DNA from: Alphaproteobacteria bacterium
GTDB lineage: Bacteria; Pseudomonadota; Alphaproteobacteria; UBA828
Assembly: GCA_965214705.1 (NCBI GenBank)
Contig: OZ243972.1
Span: 3,392,001 to 3,456,000, forward strand
Reading direction: 5' to 3'
Length of the DNA stretch: 64,000 nucleotides
The notes under the pieces were generated by a model, which did not search any database, had not been told where the DNA came from, and worked only from the letters and a program-made list of their open reading frames with translations. Below, piece by piece: positions 29,623-42,300 of this stretch. How positions within the stretch are numbered: position 1 is the stretch's first letter; each line of letters begins with the position of its first letter. Position numbers and translations under genes: made by a program.

Positions 29623-30918
<1,296 letters not shown>

Positions 30919-31612
30919 GCCGGCACCGTCCCGCCGGTCTTCCGGGGCGCCGTCCGTGCCGTCTTCATCGTATTCTGGCCATTCACGTTCCGCGCCTCCC
31001 CATGCTCAATTCTGGCAAAGGCCCCCGGGCGGTGCCAAGCCTGCCTCCGCGGTCGCAGCGATCCGCTGGGCTGAATAAGGCCTCCGACGGCGGAATGGAA
31101 GGAGGAGCCGGACGGAGGCCGCGCCGGCGCCACCCTGGAGGACAGGCGCGCCCGGCGGAGCCGCGAGGGGGATGGCGGGCAGGGCCAGGGAGCGGCGGGC
31201 ATCGCGCCATGGGCGCCGTTCCCGGCGGGACCGCACGACACGGCCGCCGGGGACCGGGTCATGGGGTGGGCGGCGATGTCCGCGGGCGATGTCCCGGAGC
31301 GCTGCCCGGCCTGCTTCCCCGAAGCCCCTGTCGTTCGGCGTCGCCGCATGCCCCCTCGGACCGGAAGCGGGTGAACCGGCTACTGCTGCGACCGGCGACG
31401 GATCCGCGTACCGATCGACGAATCCGGCAGGGCGGAAGCCCAAACGCTGCGGCGAACGCCGACACGAAGGCCGCAGGGGCCGCGCGCTCCGCAAACCGGC
31501 CGGGTCGAACGGGGGAAACCGCGCCATGGAGGCGTGGTTCTCGCGGCGGCGATGCCGGACCGGGAGGCGGAATCCCGGTGTCGGGCGGAAATATTTTGAC
31601 CCCTGTTTTTCG

Positions 31613-31635
31613 CGATACCTTCAATTTTGAAGGAT
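31613..31635. promoter_or_regulatory. Palindromic operator upstream of the LuxR gene
   Basis: CGATACCTTCAATTTTGAAGGAT (CCTTCAA-TT-TTGAAGG dyad), just downstream of a TTGACC; 21/23 identical to 33036-33058. Confidence 0.6.
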
Positions 31636-31821
31636 GGCAGGGGCGTGCGGGGTCCGCATAGAGTACGCCCGGCGGGCCCCGGGCCGGGCCTGTCCGGGCG
31701 GGCGGCCGCCGGCGGCGCCGGACGCCGTGGGGCGGTGGTCCGGGCCGGTCTCCGGCCGGTCTTCGGCGACCCGGTTCGCGGCCTGCAAGTTTCGGAGCAC
31801 TGAACGGGGGAGCGAGACGGC

Positions 31822-32970
31822 ATGAACCTGGACGATGCTTTCGAGCGCTGCCTCGAAGCGCTGTATGACGCCGCCCTCGACGACGCGCGCTGGCCCGCCG
31901 CGACAGCCCTGATCGAGGAGGCCGTCGGCGCCGGAGCGAACGCCCTGACCGTCGGTGAAGGGCATGATGACGGCGTGCGCATCCATTTCGCCCGCTTCCT
32001 GGAGCGCGGCGAGAGCGTCCAGGACCGGGCGCGGGTGTATTTCGACGAATACCACGCGCACGACGAAGGGCTGCCCCGCCTCAGGCTGGCTCCCCCGGGC
32101 CGGCTGGTCCGCCTCCGCGACCTCTATACCGAGGACGAGCGGAAGGCGTCGGTGGCGTACAACGAGGGCCATCGCCTTCTCGGCGGCCGGAACGCCGGCC
32201 TGAACGTGCGCTTCGAAGGGCCCGACGGCCTGCGCATCGTCTGGAGCCTCGCCGACCCCGTCGGCAGCCGCGACTGGCAGTCCGCCCGGCTCCGGCTGCT
32301 CGAGCGTGTGCTGCCGCATGTCCGCCGGACCGTGCTGATCCGCCAGGCGCTGGCGGCGGCCGGTGCGCTCGGCGCTGGCCTGGCGGGCCTGCTCGACAAC
32401 GACCGCATCGGCGTGGTGCAGCTCGACCGCGGCGGGCGGGTGCTGGTGGCCAACGCGCCGGCGCTCGGGATCCTGCGCCGGGGCGACGGGCTGCTCGACC
32501 GCGACGGCACCCTGGACGCCGTGCTGCCGGCGGACCGCACCCGCTTGCGGAGACTCCTGGGTCAGGCGCTGCCGGACTTGTGGGGCGAGGCCCCGGGCGG
32601 GGGCTCGATGACGATCCAGCGCCCCTCGGGGCGGTCGCGGCTGGGGCTGCACGTCATGCCGGTGGGCGACGCGGGAGCGGACTTCGGCGGGCGCCGGGTG
32701 GCGGCGCTGGTGCTGGCGGTCGACCCGGCGCGCCGACCACGCATCGACGCGCAGCGGGTGGCAGTGACGCTCGGGCTGACGCCGTCCGAGGGCCGGATGG
32801 CGGCGCTGATGGCCGGGGGGCTGAAGGTGAGCGAGATCGCCGCGGCCCAGGGCTGGCGGGAGAACTACGTGCGCTGGCTGGTCCAGCAGACCTACCGGAA
32901 GCTGGACGTGTCGGGGCAGGTCGCGCTGGTGCGCCACGTGCTGGCGGCGGACGCCCTGCCGCGGCGCTGA
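31822..32970 (+). CDS. LuxR-family HTH transcriptional regulator with PAS-like sensor region
   Basis: LYDAALDDARW N-terminus, GVVQLDRGGRVLVANAPA (PAS), C-terminal LGLTPSEGRMAALMAGGLKVSEIA...YRKLDVSGQVALV. Confidence 0.88.
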   Translation: MNLDDAFERCLEALYDAALDDARWPAATALIEEAVGAGANALTVGEGHDDGVRIHFARFLERGESVQDRARVYFDEYHAHDEGLPRLRLAPPGRLVRLRDLYTEDERKASVAYNEGHRLLGGRNAGLNVRFEGPDGLRIVWSLADPVGSRDWQSARLRLLERVLPHVRRTVLIRQALAAAGALGAGLAGLLDNDRIGVVQLDRGGRVLVANAPALGILRRGDGLLDRDGTLDAVLPADRTRLRRLLGQALPDLWGEAPGGGSMTIQRPSGRSRLGLHVMPVGDAGADFGGRRVAALVLAVDPARRPRIDAQRVAVTLGLTPSEGRMAALMAGGLKVSEIAAAQGWRENYVRWLVQQTYRKLDVSGQVALVRHVLAADALPRR

Positions 32971-33035
32971 GGGACCGCCGGCAGCCGGCGTTTCCTCTCC
33001 TCGCGCCGCCTTGCCCGGCTCTCGAACCGGCGTTC

Positions 33036-33067
33036 CGATACCTTCAAATTTGCAGGATTTTACAGGT
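33036..33067. promoter_or_regulatory. Palindromic lux-box-like operator upstream of the giant adhesin gene
   Basis: CGATACCTTCAAATTTGCAGGATTTTACAGGT; second copy of the 31613 motif with an extra overlapping half-site. Confidence 0.6.
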
Positions 33068-33221
33068 CTTTGGGCCCGTTTACGCTCGCGCGTACAGAAA
33101 ACCGTTGCGGCCACGGGGACCGGCCAGCCCCGGCCCGTGCGGTTGTAATCCAGGGGTGGATCGATTGGCTCGATTCCCGTCGAAAATCCTGCGCTCGCCG
33201 ACGGTTCCCGTTGAGGAATTA

Positions 33222-33275
33222 AGCCGAGCCGAGCCGAGCCGAGCCGAGCCGAGCCGAGCCGAGCCGAGCCGAGCC
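33222..33275. repeat. Pentanucleotide microsatellite AGCC(GAGCC)10
   Basis: Ten perfect GAGCC units at 33226-33275 plus a partial unit, 61 bp upstream of ATG 33337. Confidence 0.97.
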
Positions 33276-33336
33276 TATTCCTGCGTCTGCACGCCGGGCG
33301 GTTCTCCGGCAGCCTGCGTAGGGCGCGGCTGACGCC

Positions 33337-36300
33337 ATGGGCCGTGCCGGGAGCAGCCTGCGGGAGCGCCATGGCCGGCTGAGCTTCGGCGCCCGCCGCG
33401 CGGCGCCTCCACCCCCCTCTTCTTCTCCGCCTCCTTCGCGATTCCGACCCGCCCGCCTCGCGCGCGTGAGGCGGGCGGGCGTGTGCGCTCTCGGCACGCT
33501 CGCCGCCGCCCTCGTCCTGCTGCTCGGTGCCGGGGCGGCGCAGGCGCAGACGTCGAAGAAGCTGGTCAGCAACACCGGGCAGGGCGCCAGCACTTTCGGC
33601 CAGTCCGGCGACAGCAGCTATAGCCAGGCGTTCACCACCGGGGACCACGGCGGCGGCTACACGCTGACCAGCGTGAACGTCCAGATGAATCAGAATGGCT
33701 CGACGGCGCCGACCTACACCGTGAGCATCCTCTCGTCCTCGGGCAGCATCCTGGGCACGCTGACGAACCCGGCCAGCCTGCCCGGCACCAAACAAAACGT
33801 TCAGTTCACGGCACCGAAGGGCGGCATCGGCCTGGCTGCCGAGATGACGTACCGCGTGCGGATCGACATTAGCGCCAACGTGAACGCCCTCTCTGTCCAA
33901 CGCACTTTTTCCAACAATGAGGATGCGGGCTCGGAAGAGGGCTGGAGCATCGCGAACGGCGGAGAGCCGGTCCTCGCGACACCAACGAGTTTGATGATCG
34001 CCGTTCACGGCTACGCGGCGGAAGGCGTTTACTTTCGCAGCGCATCGGTGTCCGGGGCCACGCTGAAGCTCGCCTTCACCGAGCCGCTCGACGGCGCCTC
34101 CGTGCCCGCGAAGGGCAACTTCTCGGTGTCGCTGGACGGCGTGGCGCAGGCGCCGCTCGGGGTGTCGGTCGCCGGCAACACCGCGACGCTCACCCTTGCG
34201 AGGGCGGCGGCGCACGGCCAGACGGTCCGGGTCACTTACACCAAGCCCGGCTCGAACCCGCTGCGGAACGCGGTGGGCCACGAGGTGGCGGGGTTCACGG
34301 CGCAGGAGGTCGACAACGTCACCGGGGCGATCGCCTCGGTGGCGTTCACCAACACGCCGGTCGCGGGGCGCCCGATCGGCATCGGCGGCGTCATCGAGGT
34401 GACGGTGACCTTTCACGAGGCCGCGAGGGTGACCGGGGCGCCGCGCATCGCGCTCTCCCCGCCGTTCGGGTCGCGCGGCGAGAGGCGCTACGCAAGCTAC
34501 GACGGGGGCAGCGGCACCACGGCACTAGTATTCCGCTACACGGTGGCGGAAGGGGACAACTCGATCGGTGGGCGCATCAGCGTGGCGGAGGACGCGCTGG
34601 AGCTCAACGAGGGGTCGATCCGCCTGGGGACGGCGAACGCGGTGCTGGACCACGACGCGGTGCAGTCGGCCAATGACGTGATCGGGTACCGGGGCAGGAT
34701 CTCGCAGGTGTACGTTCACGAGAGTCCGGGCGTGGACGCGGATCTGGACGGCACCGCGGAGACCTTCACCGCGGTCGACGGCAATCGGGAAATCGGGGTC
34801 TGGGTGTCGTTCCTGGGCTTGGGTGAACTGCAGGTCGACACCAAGGGCGCGAACGGCAACGTCCAGGTGGTGGTGGACATCGGCGGCCAAGGCTTCGATC
34901 TGGACTACCAGGCGACGTTCTCGAACGCAATCCGGTTCGGCACCCACACAGTCGCGGCGACGCACGTGGACACTGACGGCGTCTCTGTGAAGCGCGACGG
35001 GTCGGGCAACGTGATCCGCCTCTCGAACGGCGCGACGATCAGGGCCGGCGAGTCATCCGGTGGCAACGCGCCGCGCCTGACGGCCGGCGCGGACCCTGGC
35101 GTGGGGGTACTCGATTACGATCCGACCCCGCTGATCCTGGTGCGCGGCGCGAACGCGGCCCCGACGGGCGCGGACTTCACGCGGAACGGGAACAGCGAGC
35201 TGGCCTTCGCGAAGGCGGACTTCGGGTACGCGGACGCCGACGGCGACCCGCAGAAGGCGCTGCGGATCGAGACGCTGCCGGTGGCGGCTAAGGGCGCGCT
35301 GAAGCTCGACGGCGCGGTGATCGCGAGCGCCGACCTGCCGAAGACGGTGACGCCCGCCGAGCTGGACTCGGGCGGCCTGGCGTTCGAGCCGGCCGCCGGG
35401 TTCATCTCCGGGGACACGAGCTTCACCTTCCGGGTGGTGGATTCGTTCGACGCGGCCTCGGCCGCCGCGAACACGGTGACGCTCTCGGTGACAGCAGAGG
35501 ACCAGACCCCGCCGAGCCTCGTCGGCGCGGCGGTGTACGGGGCGACGCTGACGCTGACCTGGGGCGAGGCCCTCGACGAGGCGTCGGAGCCGGCGGCGTC
35601 GGCCTTCACCGTGACCGTGGACGGGAGCGAAGTCTCGCTCGCGGCCACCGGTGCGGTGGCGGTGAACGGCCGGGCCGTGAACCTGACCCTGGCCCAGGCG
35701 GTGACCGCCGGTGAGTCGGTGACGGTGAGCTACACGAAGCCCGACAGCGCCCCCATCCAGGACCTCGCCGGCAACGCCGCCGCCAGACTTCCCGAACGGT
35801 CCGTGACCAACGGGACGGCCACGACGCATGCGGTGACCGCCTCCGCGGGCGAGGACCGGGAGGTGCTGACCGGCGCGGCGGTGACGCTGTCGGGCTCGGG
35901 GTCGTCGACGCGGGCCTATCCCGCCTACAGCTATGCCTGGACGCAGACCGCCGGGGTGACGGTGGCGCTGGACGACGCGGCCTCGGCGGCGCCGTCGTTC
36001 ACCGCGCCCGCGGTACGCACCGACCTGGTGTTCGAGCTCGTGGTGAACGACGGCACGGCCGACAGCGCGGCGGACGAGGTGACGGTGGCGGTGCGCCCGG
36101 GGCCCAACCCGTCGAGCGCGCCGTGCGTGCATCCGAAGCCGGCGGACGCTTCGTTTGCGTCGGGAACTCAGCCGTACGACAGCGTGGCCGTCGCGGACAG
36201 CTCCGTCTCATTCTCGGGCGCGGGGTCCGGCCAGTTCAGCTTCTGGTTCTGCAGCCCGGACGGGGTGCGCGCCGAGCTGGCGCAGAACGTGGGCGCCACC

Positions 36301-39300
36301 CACGTCGTGACCCAGACGGGGCTGCAGCGGTCCACCACCTACTGGGCGGCCGTGAAGCGGACCTGCGCCACCTGCCCGGCCGGCGGGAGCTGGTTCGCGT
36401 GGCGCGCGTTCACCACGACGAATGTCGTGCCGCGCCCGACCAGGGCGGCGGTCTCGGAGACTTCGCTGACCATCGCCTTCGACAAGACCCTGAGCACCGC
36501 CATCGCCCATCGGCCGGCGACGAGCGCCTTCACCGTGACCGTGAACAATGCCGCCAGGGGCGTCACGGTGGTGAACATCTCCGGCGTTGGCGTGTTCACC
36601 GGCGTGCGGCTCGGCCTGGCCTCGGCGGTGAGCTACGGCGACACCGTCACGGTGGCCTACAACGGCACCAAGCTCCGGGGCGCCAACGGGAGCACGGTGG
36701 CGACCTTCAGCGACGTGAAGGTGCAGACCCCCCCGAGCGTCACCGCGGCGACGGTGGACGGGACGGCGTTGACGCTGACCTTCAACGGGACCCTGGACAC
36801 CGGCTCGAAGCCGGCCGCCGGCGCCTTCACGGTGAGCGCGGCGGGCAACGCGCGGACGGTGAGCGGCGTCGCGCTGGACGGCATGACGGCGACGCTGACC
36901 CTGGATACGGCGGTGACCCACGGCCAGACCGTCACGGCGACCTACACCAGGCCGGCCGCGAACCCGCTGCAGGACACCGCCGGCAACGAGGTGTCGAGCT
37001 TCATCGGGCAATCGGTGACCAACTCGACGCCGATGGGCGGGGCGGTCAGGCGGGTGGCGTTCGTCTCTTCGCCGGTCTCCGGTGACACGTACCTGATCGG
37101 CGAGACGATCGCGGCCGAGGTGACGTGGAGCATTCCGGTGACGGTGGCGGGCGAAGGCGCCGACGGAGAGAACGTGGCGCTGCGCCTCGACCTCGGGGCG
37201 GATGACGGTGACCGGTCGAACAGCCGCCGGGCGATGCGCTACGTCTCGAGCACGGGCTCCGACACGCTTCGCTTCGAGTACGCGGTCAAGCCGGGCGACA
37301 TGGACGCCGACGGGGTGTGGGTACAGACCGCCTCGGGGAGCGACGACACGGTGGTGTTCCTCGCGAACGGGGCGACGCTGAGGAACGGCACGACCGACGT
37401 GGTGCGCACTCGCGCCGGGCTGCCGACGACCGGCGACGCGGGCCGCAAGGTGGACGGGACCAGCACCGCGACGGCCAACGCGGGCGTGGACCTGACGGTG
37501 GAGACCGGTTCGTCGGTGACGCTGGACGGCAAGGCCTCGACGTCGACGCGGTCGAACCCGACCTACACCTACGCCTGGACGCAGACCGGCGGTGTGACGG
37601 TGACGCTGAGCGGGGCGGATACGGCGACGCCGTCGTTCACCGCGCCTACGGTGCGGCGAGATCTGGAGTTCTCGCTCGTGGTGAACGACGGGGCGCACTA
37701 CAGCGTGCCGGACACGGTGACGGTGCTGGTGCGTCCGCCGCCCAACCCGACGAGCGCGCCGTGCGTGCATCCGAAGCCGGAGGGGGAGCAATTCCACGCC
37801 CACGTTGCAGGAGTCACCATCTCGGGGCGTACGGACAGCTCCATATCGTTCCAGGGGCATCACGCTACTAGGAGATTCGACCTGTGGTTCTGCTGGACGA
37901 ACGGCGAGGCGCAGAAGCGCGCCACGAGTGTCGAAGGCTCCCACATCGAGACCGTCCCCGGCCTGCGGAGCGGCACCCGCTACTGGGTCGCAGCAAGGCA
38001 GCATTCGTCGGGCGGGTTTGCCGTCCAATGGTCGAGATGGGTGGCGGAGACCACCACCGGCGCCCCGTCGGTGCAGGTGGTGCGGTTCACTTCCTCGCCG
38101 GCCTCCGGTGACACGTACCTGAACGGCGAGACGATCGCGGCCGAGGTCACCTGGAGCAAGCCGGTGACGGTGGCCAACGGCGGCTCGAACGCCAACGTGA
38201 CGCTGCGCCTCGACCTCGGGGCGGACGACGGTGACCGGTCGAACAGCCGGCGGGCGATGCGCTACGTCGCGGGCACCGGCACGGACACGCTGCGCTTCGA
38301 GTACGCGGTCAAGCCGGGCGACACGGACGCCGACGGGGTGTGGGTGCAGACCGCCTCGGGTGGCGACGACACGGTGGTGTTCCTCGCGAACGGGGCGACG
38401 CTCAGGAACGGCGCGACCGACGTGGGCCGGACCCGCGCCGGGCTGCCGACGACGGGCGACGCCGGCCGCAAGGTGGAAGCGGAGACCAGCACCGCGACGG
38501 CCGACGCGGGCGAGGACCGGACGGTGGAGACCGGGTCGTCGGTGACGCTGGACGGCAAGGCCTCGACGTCGACGCGGTTGAACCCGACCTACACCTACGC
38601 CTGGACGCAGACCGGCGGTGTGACGGTGACGCTGAGCGGGGCGGATACGGCGACGCCGACCTTCACCGCGCCGACGGTGCGGCGAGACCTGGAGTTCTCG
38701 CTCGTGGTGAACGACGGGGCGCACTACAGCGTGCCGGACACGGTGACGGTGCTGGTGCGCCCGCCGCCCAACCCGACGAGCGCGCCGTGCGTGCATCCGA
38801 AGCCGGAGGGGGAGCAATTCCACGCCCACGTTGCAGGAGTCACCATCTCGGGGCGTACGGACAGCTCCATATCGTTCCAGGGGCATCACGCTACTAGGAG
38901 ATTCGACCTGTGGTTCTGCTGGACGAACGGCGAGGCGCAGAAGCGCGCCACGAGTGTCGAAGGCTCCCACATCGAGACCGTCCCCGGCCTGCGGAGCGGC
39001 ACCCGCTACTGGGTCGCAGCAAGGCAGCATTCGTCGGGCGGGTTTGCCGTCCAATGGTCGAGATGGGTGGCGGAGACCACCACCGGCGCCCCGTCGGTGC
39101 AGGTGGTGCGGTTCACTTCCTCGCCGGCCTCCGGTGACACGTACCTGAACGGCGAGACGATCGCGGCCGAGGTCACCTGGAGCAAGCCGGTGACGGTGGC
39201 CAACGGCGGCTCGAACGCCAACGTGACGCTGCGCCTCGACCTCGGGGCGGACGACGGTGACCGGTCGAACAGCCGGCGGGCGATGCGCTACGTCGCGGGC

Positions 39301-42300
39301 ACCGGCACGGACACGCTGCGCTTCGAGTACGCGGTCAAGCCGGGCGACACGGACGCCGACGGGGTGTGGGTGCAGACCGCCTCGGGTGGCGACGACACGG
39401 TGGTGTTCCTCGCGAACGGGGCGACGCTCAGGAACGGCGCGACCGACGTGGGCCGGACCCGCGCCGGGCTACCGACGACCGGCGGCGCGGGCCGCAAGGT
39501 GGACGGGACCAGCACCGCGACGGCCGATGCGGGCGACGACCTGACGGCGGAGACCGGCGCAATGGTGACGCTGGACGGCACGGGCTCGACGTCGACGCGG
39601 TTGAACCCGACCTACACCTACGCCTGGACGCAGACCGGCGGCCCGGACGTGACGCTGAGCGGTGCGGATACGGCGACGCCGACCTTCACCGCGCCGACGG
39701 TGCGCACGGAGCTCGAGTTCTCGCTCGTGGTGAACGACGGGATGCACAACAGCGCGCCGGACACGGTGGCGGTGGCGGTGCGCACGCCGATCAACGCGAC
39801 GAGCGTGCCGTGCGTGCAGCCGACGGTGGCGGGCGGGCAGTTGACCGCGGTTGCCCTCTTCGAAGTCACCGCGACGACCGACAGCTCCATCACGTACCGT
39901 TCCGGGCGGCCGGAGAGTCAATCGGACATCGACACCCTGTGGTTCTGCTGGACGAACGGCGAGGTGCAGAAGCGCGCCGAGAATGTCGACGGCACGCACA
40001 GCGAGACCGTCTCCGACCTGGACAGCGGCACCACCTACTGGGTGACCGCGACCCGTGATGAGGTGAACAACAAGTGGTGGAACGCGTGGCGGGCGGTCAC
40101 CACCGCCGGCGGGGCGTCGGTCAGGCGGGCGGCGTTCACCACCTCGCCGGCCTCGGGAGACACATACCTGCCGGGCGAGACGGTCGCGGCCGAGGTGGTC
40201 TTCAGCATGCCGGTGACGGTGGCGGGTGCGGGCGCCGACGGCCGGAACGTGGTGCTGCGCCTCGACCTCGGGCCGGACGACGCGGACCGGTCGAACAGCC
40301 GCCGCGAGATGCGCTACGTCGGGGGTACGGGCACGGACACGCTGCGCTTCGAGTACGCGGTCAAGGCCGGCGACGGGGACCCCGACGGGGTGTGGCTGCA
40401 GACCGGCTCGGAGACCGACCTCACGGTGGTGTTCTTCAACAGCGGGGGCGCGAGCATCAGGAGCGGCGCGGAAAACGTGAGCCGCACCCGGCGCTGGCTG
40501 CCGACGACCGGCGACGGCGGCCGCAAGGTGGACGGGGCGCCGCCGTCGTTCGAGAGCGCGGCGGCGAAGGGCACGACGCTGACGGTGACCTTCGACGAGG
40601 CGCTCGACGACGGCTCGGTGCCGGCGGCGGCCGCGTTCACGGTGATGCGGACCCCGCGGGGGGGCAGCGCGACACGGTCGCGGCTGACCGGCACGCCCGC
40701 CATCGCCGGCGCCAAGGTGACCCTGAACCTGGCCCGGGCGGCGGCGCCCGGCGACGCGCTCACGGTGGGCTACACGGCGCCCGACGGCGACATGCTGCGC
40801 GACATGGCGGGCAACGAGGCGGGGGACTTCGCCGGCAAGCGGGCGATGAACCTCACCGGGGATCCGGGCGACGCGACGGCGCCGACGCTGCTCCAGGGCA
40901 CGGTGCGCCGCGACAAGGTGAAGCTGACGTTCGACGAGCCGCTCGACGAGGGCGTGAAGCCCGCCGCGAGCCAGCTCGGGCTCACCCCCTCCCTGGGCGC
41001 GGTGAGCGAGGTCGCGGTGAGCGGGCGCCAGATCACGTTCACCACCGCGACCGCGGCCACCGCGAGCCAGAGCGTGAGCCTCGCGATCGCCGACACGAGC
41101 GGCATTCAGGACCTCAACGGCAACCGGCTGGCGCCGGTGGACGGCTTCGCCCTGGTCAACACGCTCGGCACGGCGCCGGGCAAGCCGGGGCTTGCGCAGA
41201 CGGACACGACGATGGACGGCGCCCCGGCGGTGGACGGCGCGGCGCTCACGCTGACGTTCGACCAGGTGCTGCACGCGGGCCAGGTGCCGCCTGCGGACGA
41301 GTTCGCGGTGACGGTGGCGAGCGCCGCCCGCGGGGTGGTCGACGTCGAGGTCGCCGGCTCGACGGTGGTGCTGACGCTGGCGTCCCCGGCGGCGTCGGGC
41401 GAGACGGTGACGGTGCGCTACAAGGGGTCGAAGGCGCCCCGGATCCAGAACCCGTGGGGCCAGGTGGTGGACGCGTTCTCCGGGCAGGGCGTGGCCAACG
41501 GCACGTCCAACCGGGCGCCGGCGTTCAGCAGCCCGGCGGGCACGGTCAATGCGGTGCCGGGCAGGCAGGTTTCGCTGCCCGCGGCCGCGAGCGACGCCGA
41601 CGGCGACGCGGTGACCTTCTCGCTGAGCGCGAGCCCCCCGGACTCGCATGTGCCCGGCACATTCATCTACCAGTACACCATCGAGCGCGTGTTCTTCACC
41701 GCGAAGGACGACTGCGACCTGGAGAACCTCGATCCGCGCCCGGCCAACCCGCTCGACACGGTGGTCACCGTGACGGCGAGCGATCCGCACGGCGCGTCGA
41801 GCGAACTCGAGCTGACGTACCGCACGAACTGGGTGTGCGACAAGCCCGGCGTGACCGCGGTGGCGGTGAACGGCAAGGCGATCGCGCTGACCTTCGACGA
41901 GCCCCTGGCGCCGCTCGGCGCGGCGGGGTTGCGGGCGTTGCGCCAGGCGTTCCTGGTCCAGGGCGCGCACTACCGGGGGGCGCCGGTGCGCGACCAGTCG
42001 CCGAGCACGATCGCGATGAGCGGCGCGACGGTGACGCTGACGCTGGGTTCGGGCGTGCTGCCGAACCGGGAGACGACGGTGGAGTACGTCGCGGCGGCGG
42101 CGCGCGGGGCCGGGCTGCGCGACGCGGACGGCAACGCGGTGCCGGACTTCGTGCGCGGGGTGACGAGCATGACGGTGGGCACGGTGGCGCCGCTGCTGGA
42201 GCAGGCGCAGGTGAAGGGGCCGAAGCTGCAGGCGCTGGAGCTGACCTTCGACGCGGCGCTGGACGCGTCCTCGGCGCCGGCCGGGAGCCGGTTCCAGGTG

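Noticed and set aside
33222-33275. CRISPR array, or coding SRAEP repeat of the adhesin
   Set aside because: No spacers or cas genes; an in-frame TAG at 33319 separates it from the adhesin frame.
36121-40104. Diversity-generating retroelement as the cause of loop variability
   Set aside because: No reverse transcriptase or template repeat in the window; variable loops differ in length and at third codon positions, unlike adenine-specific mutagenesis.
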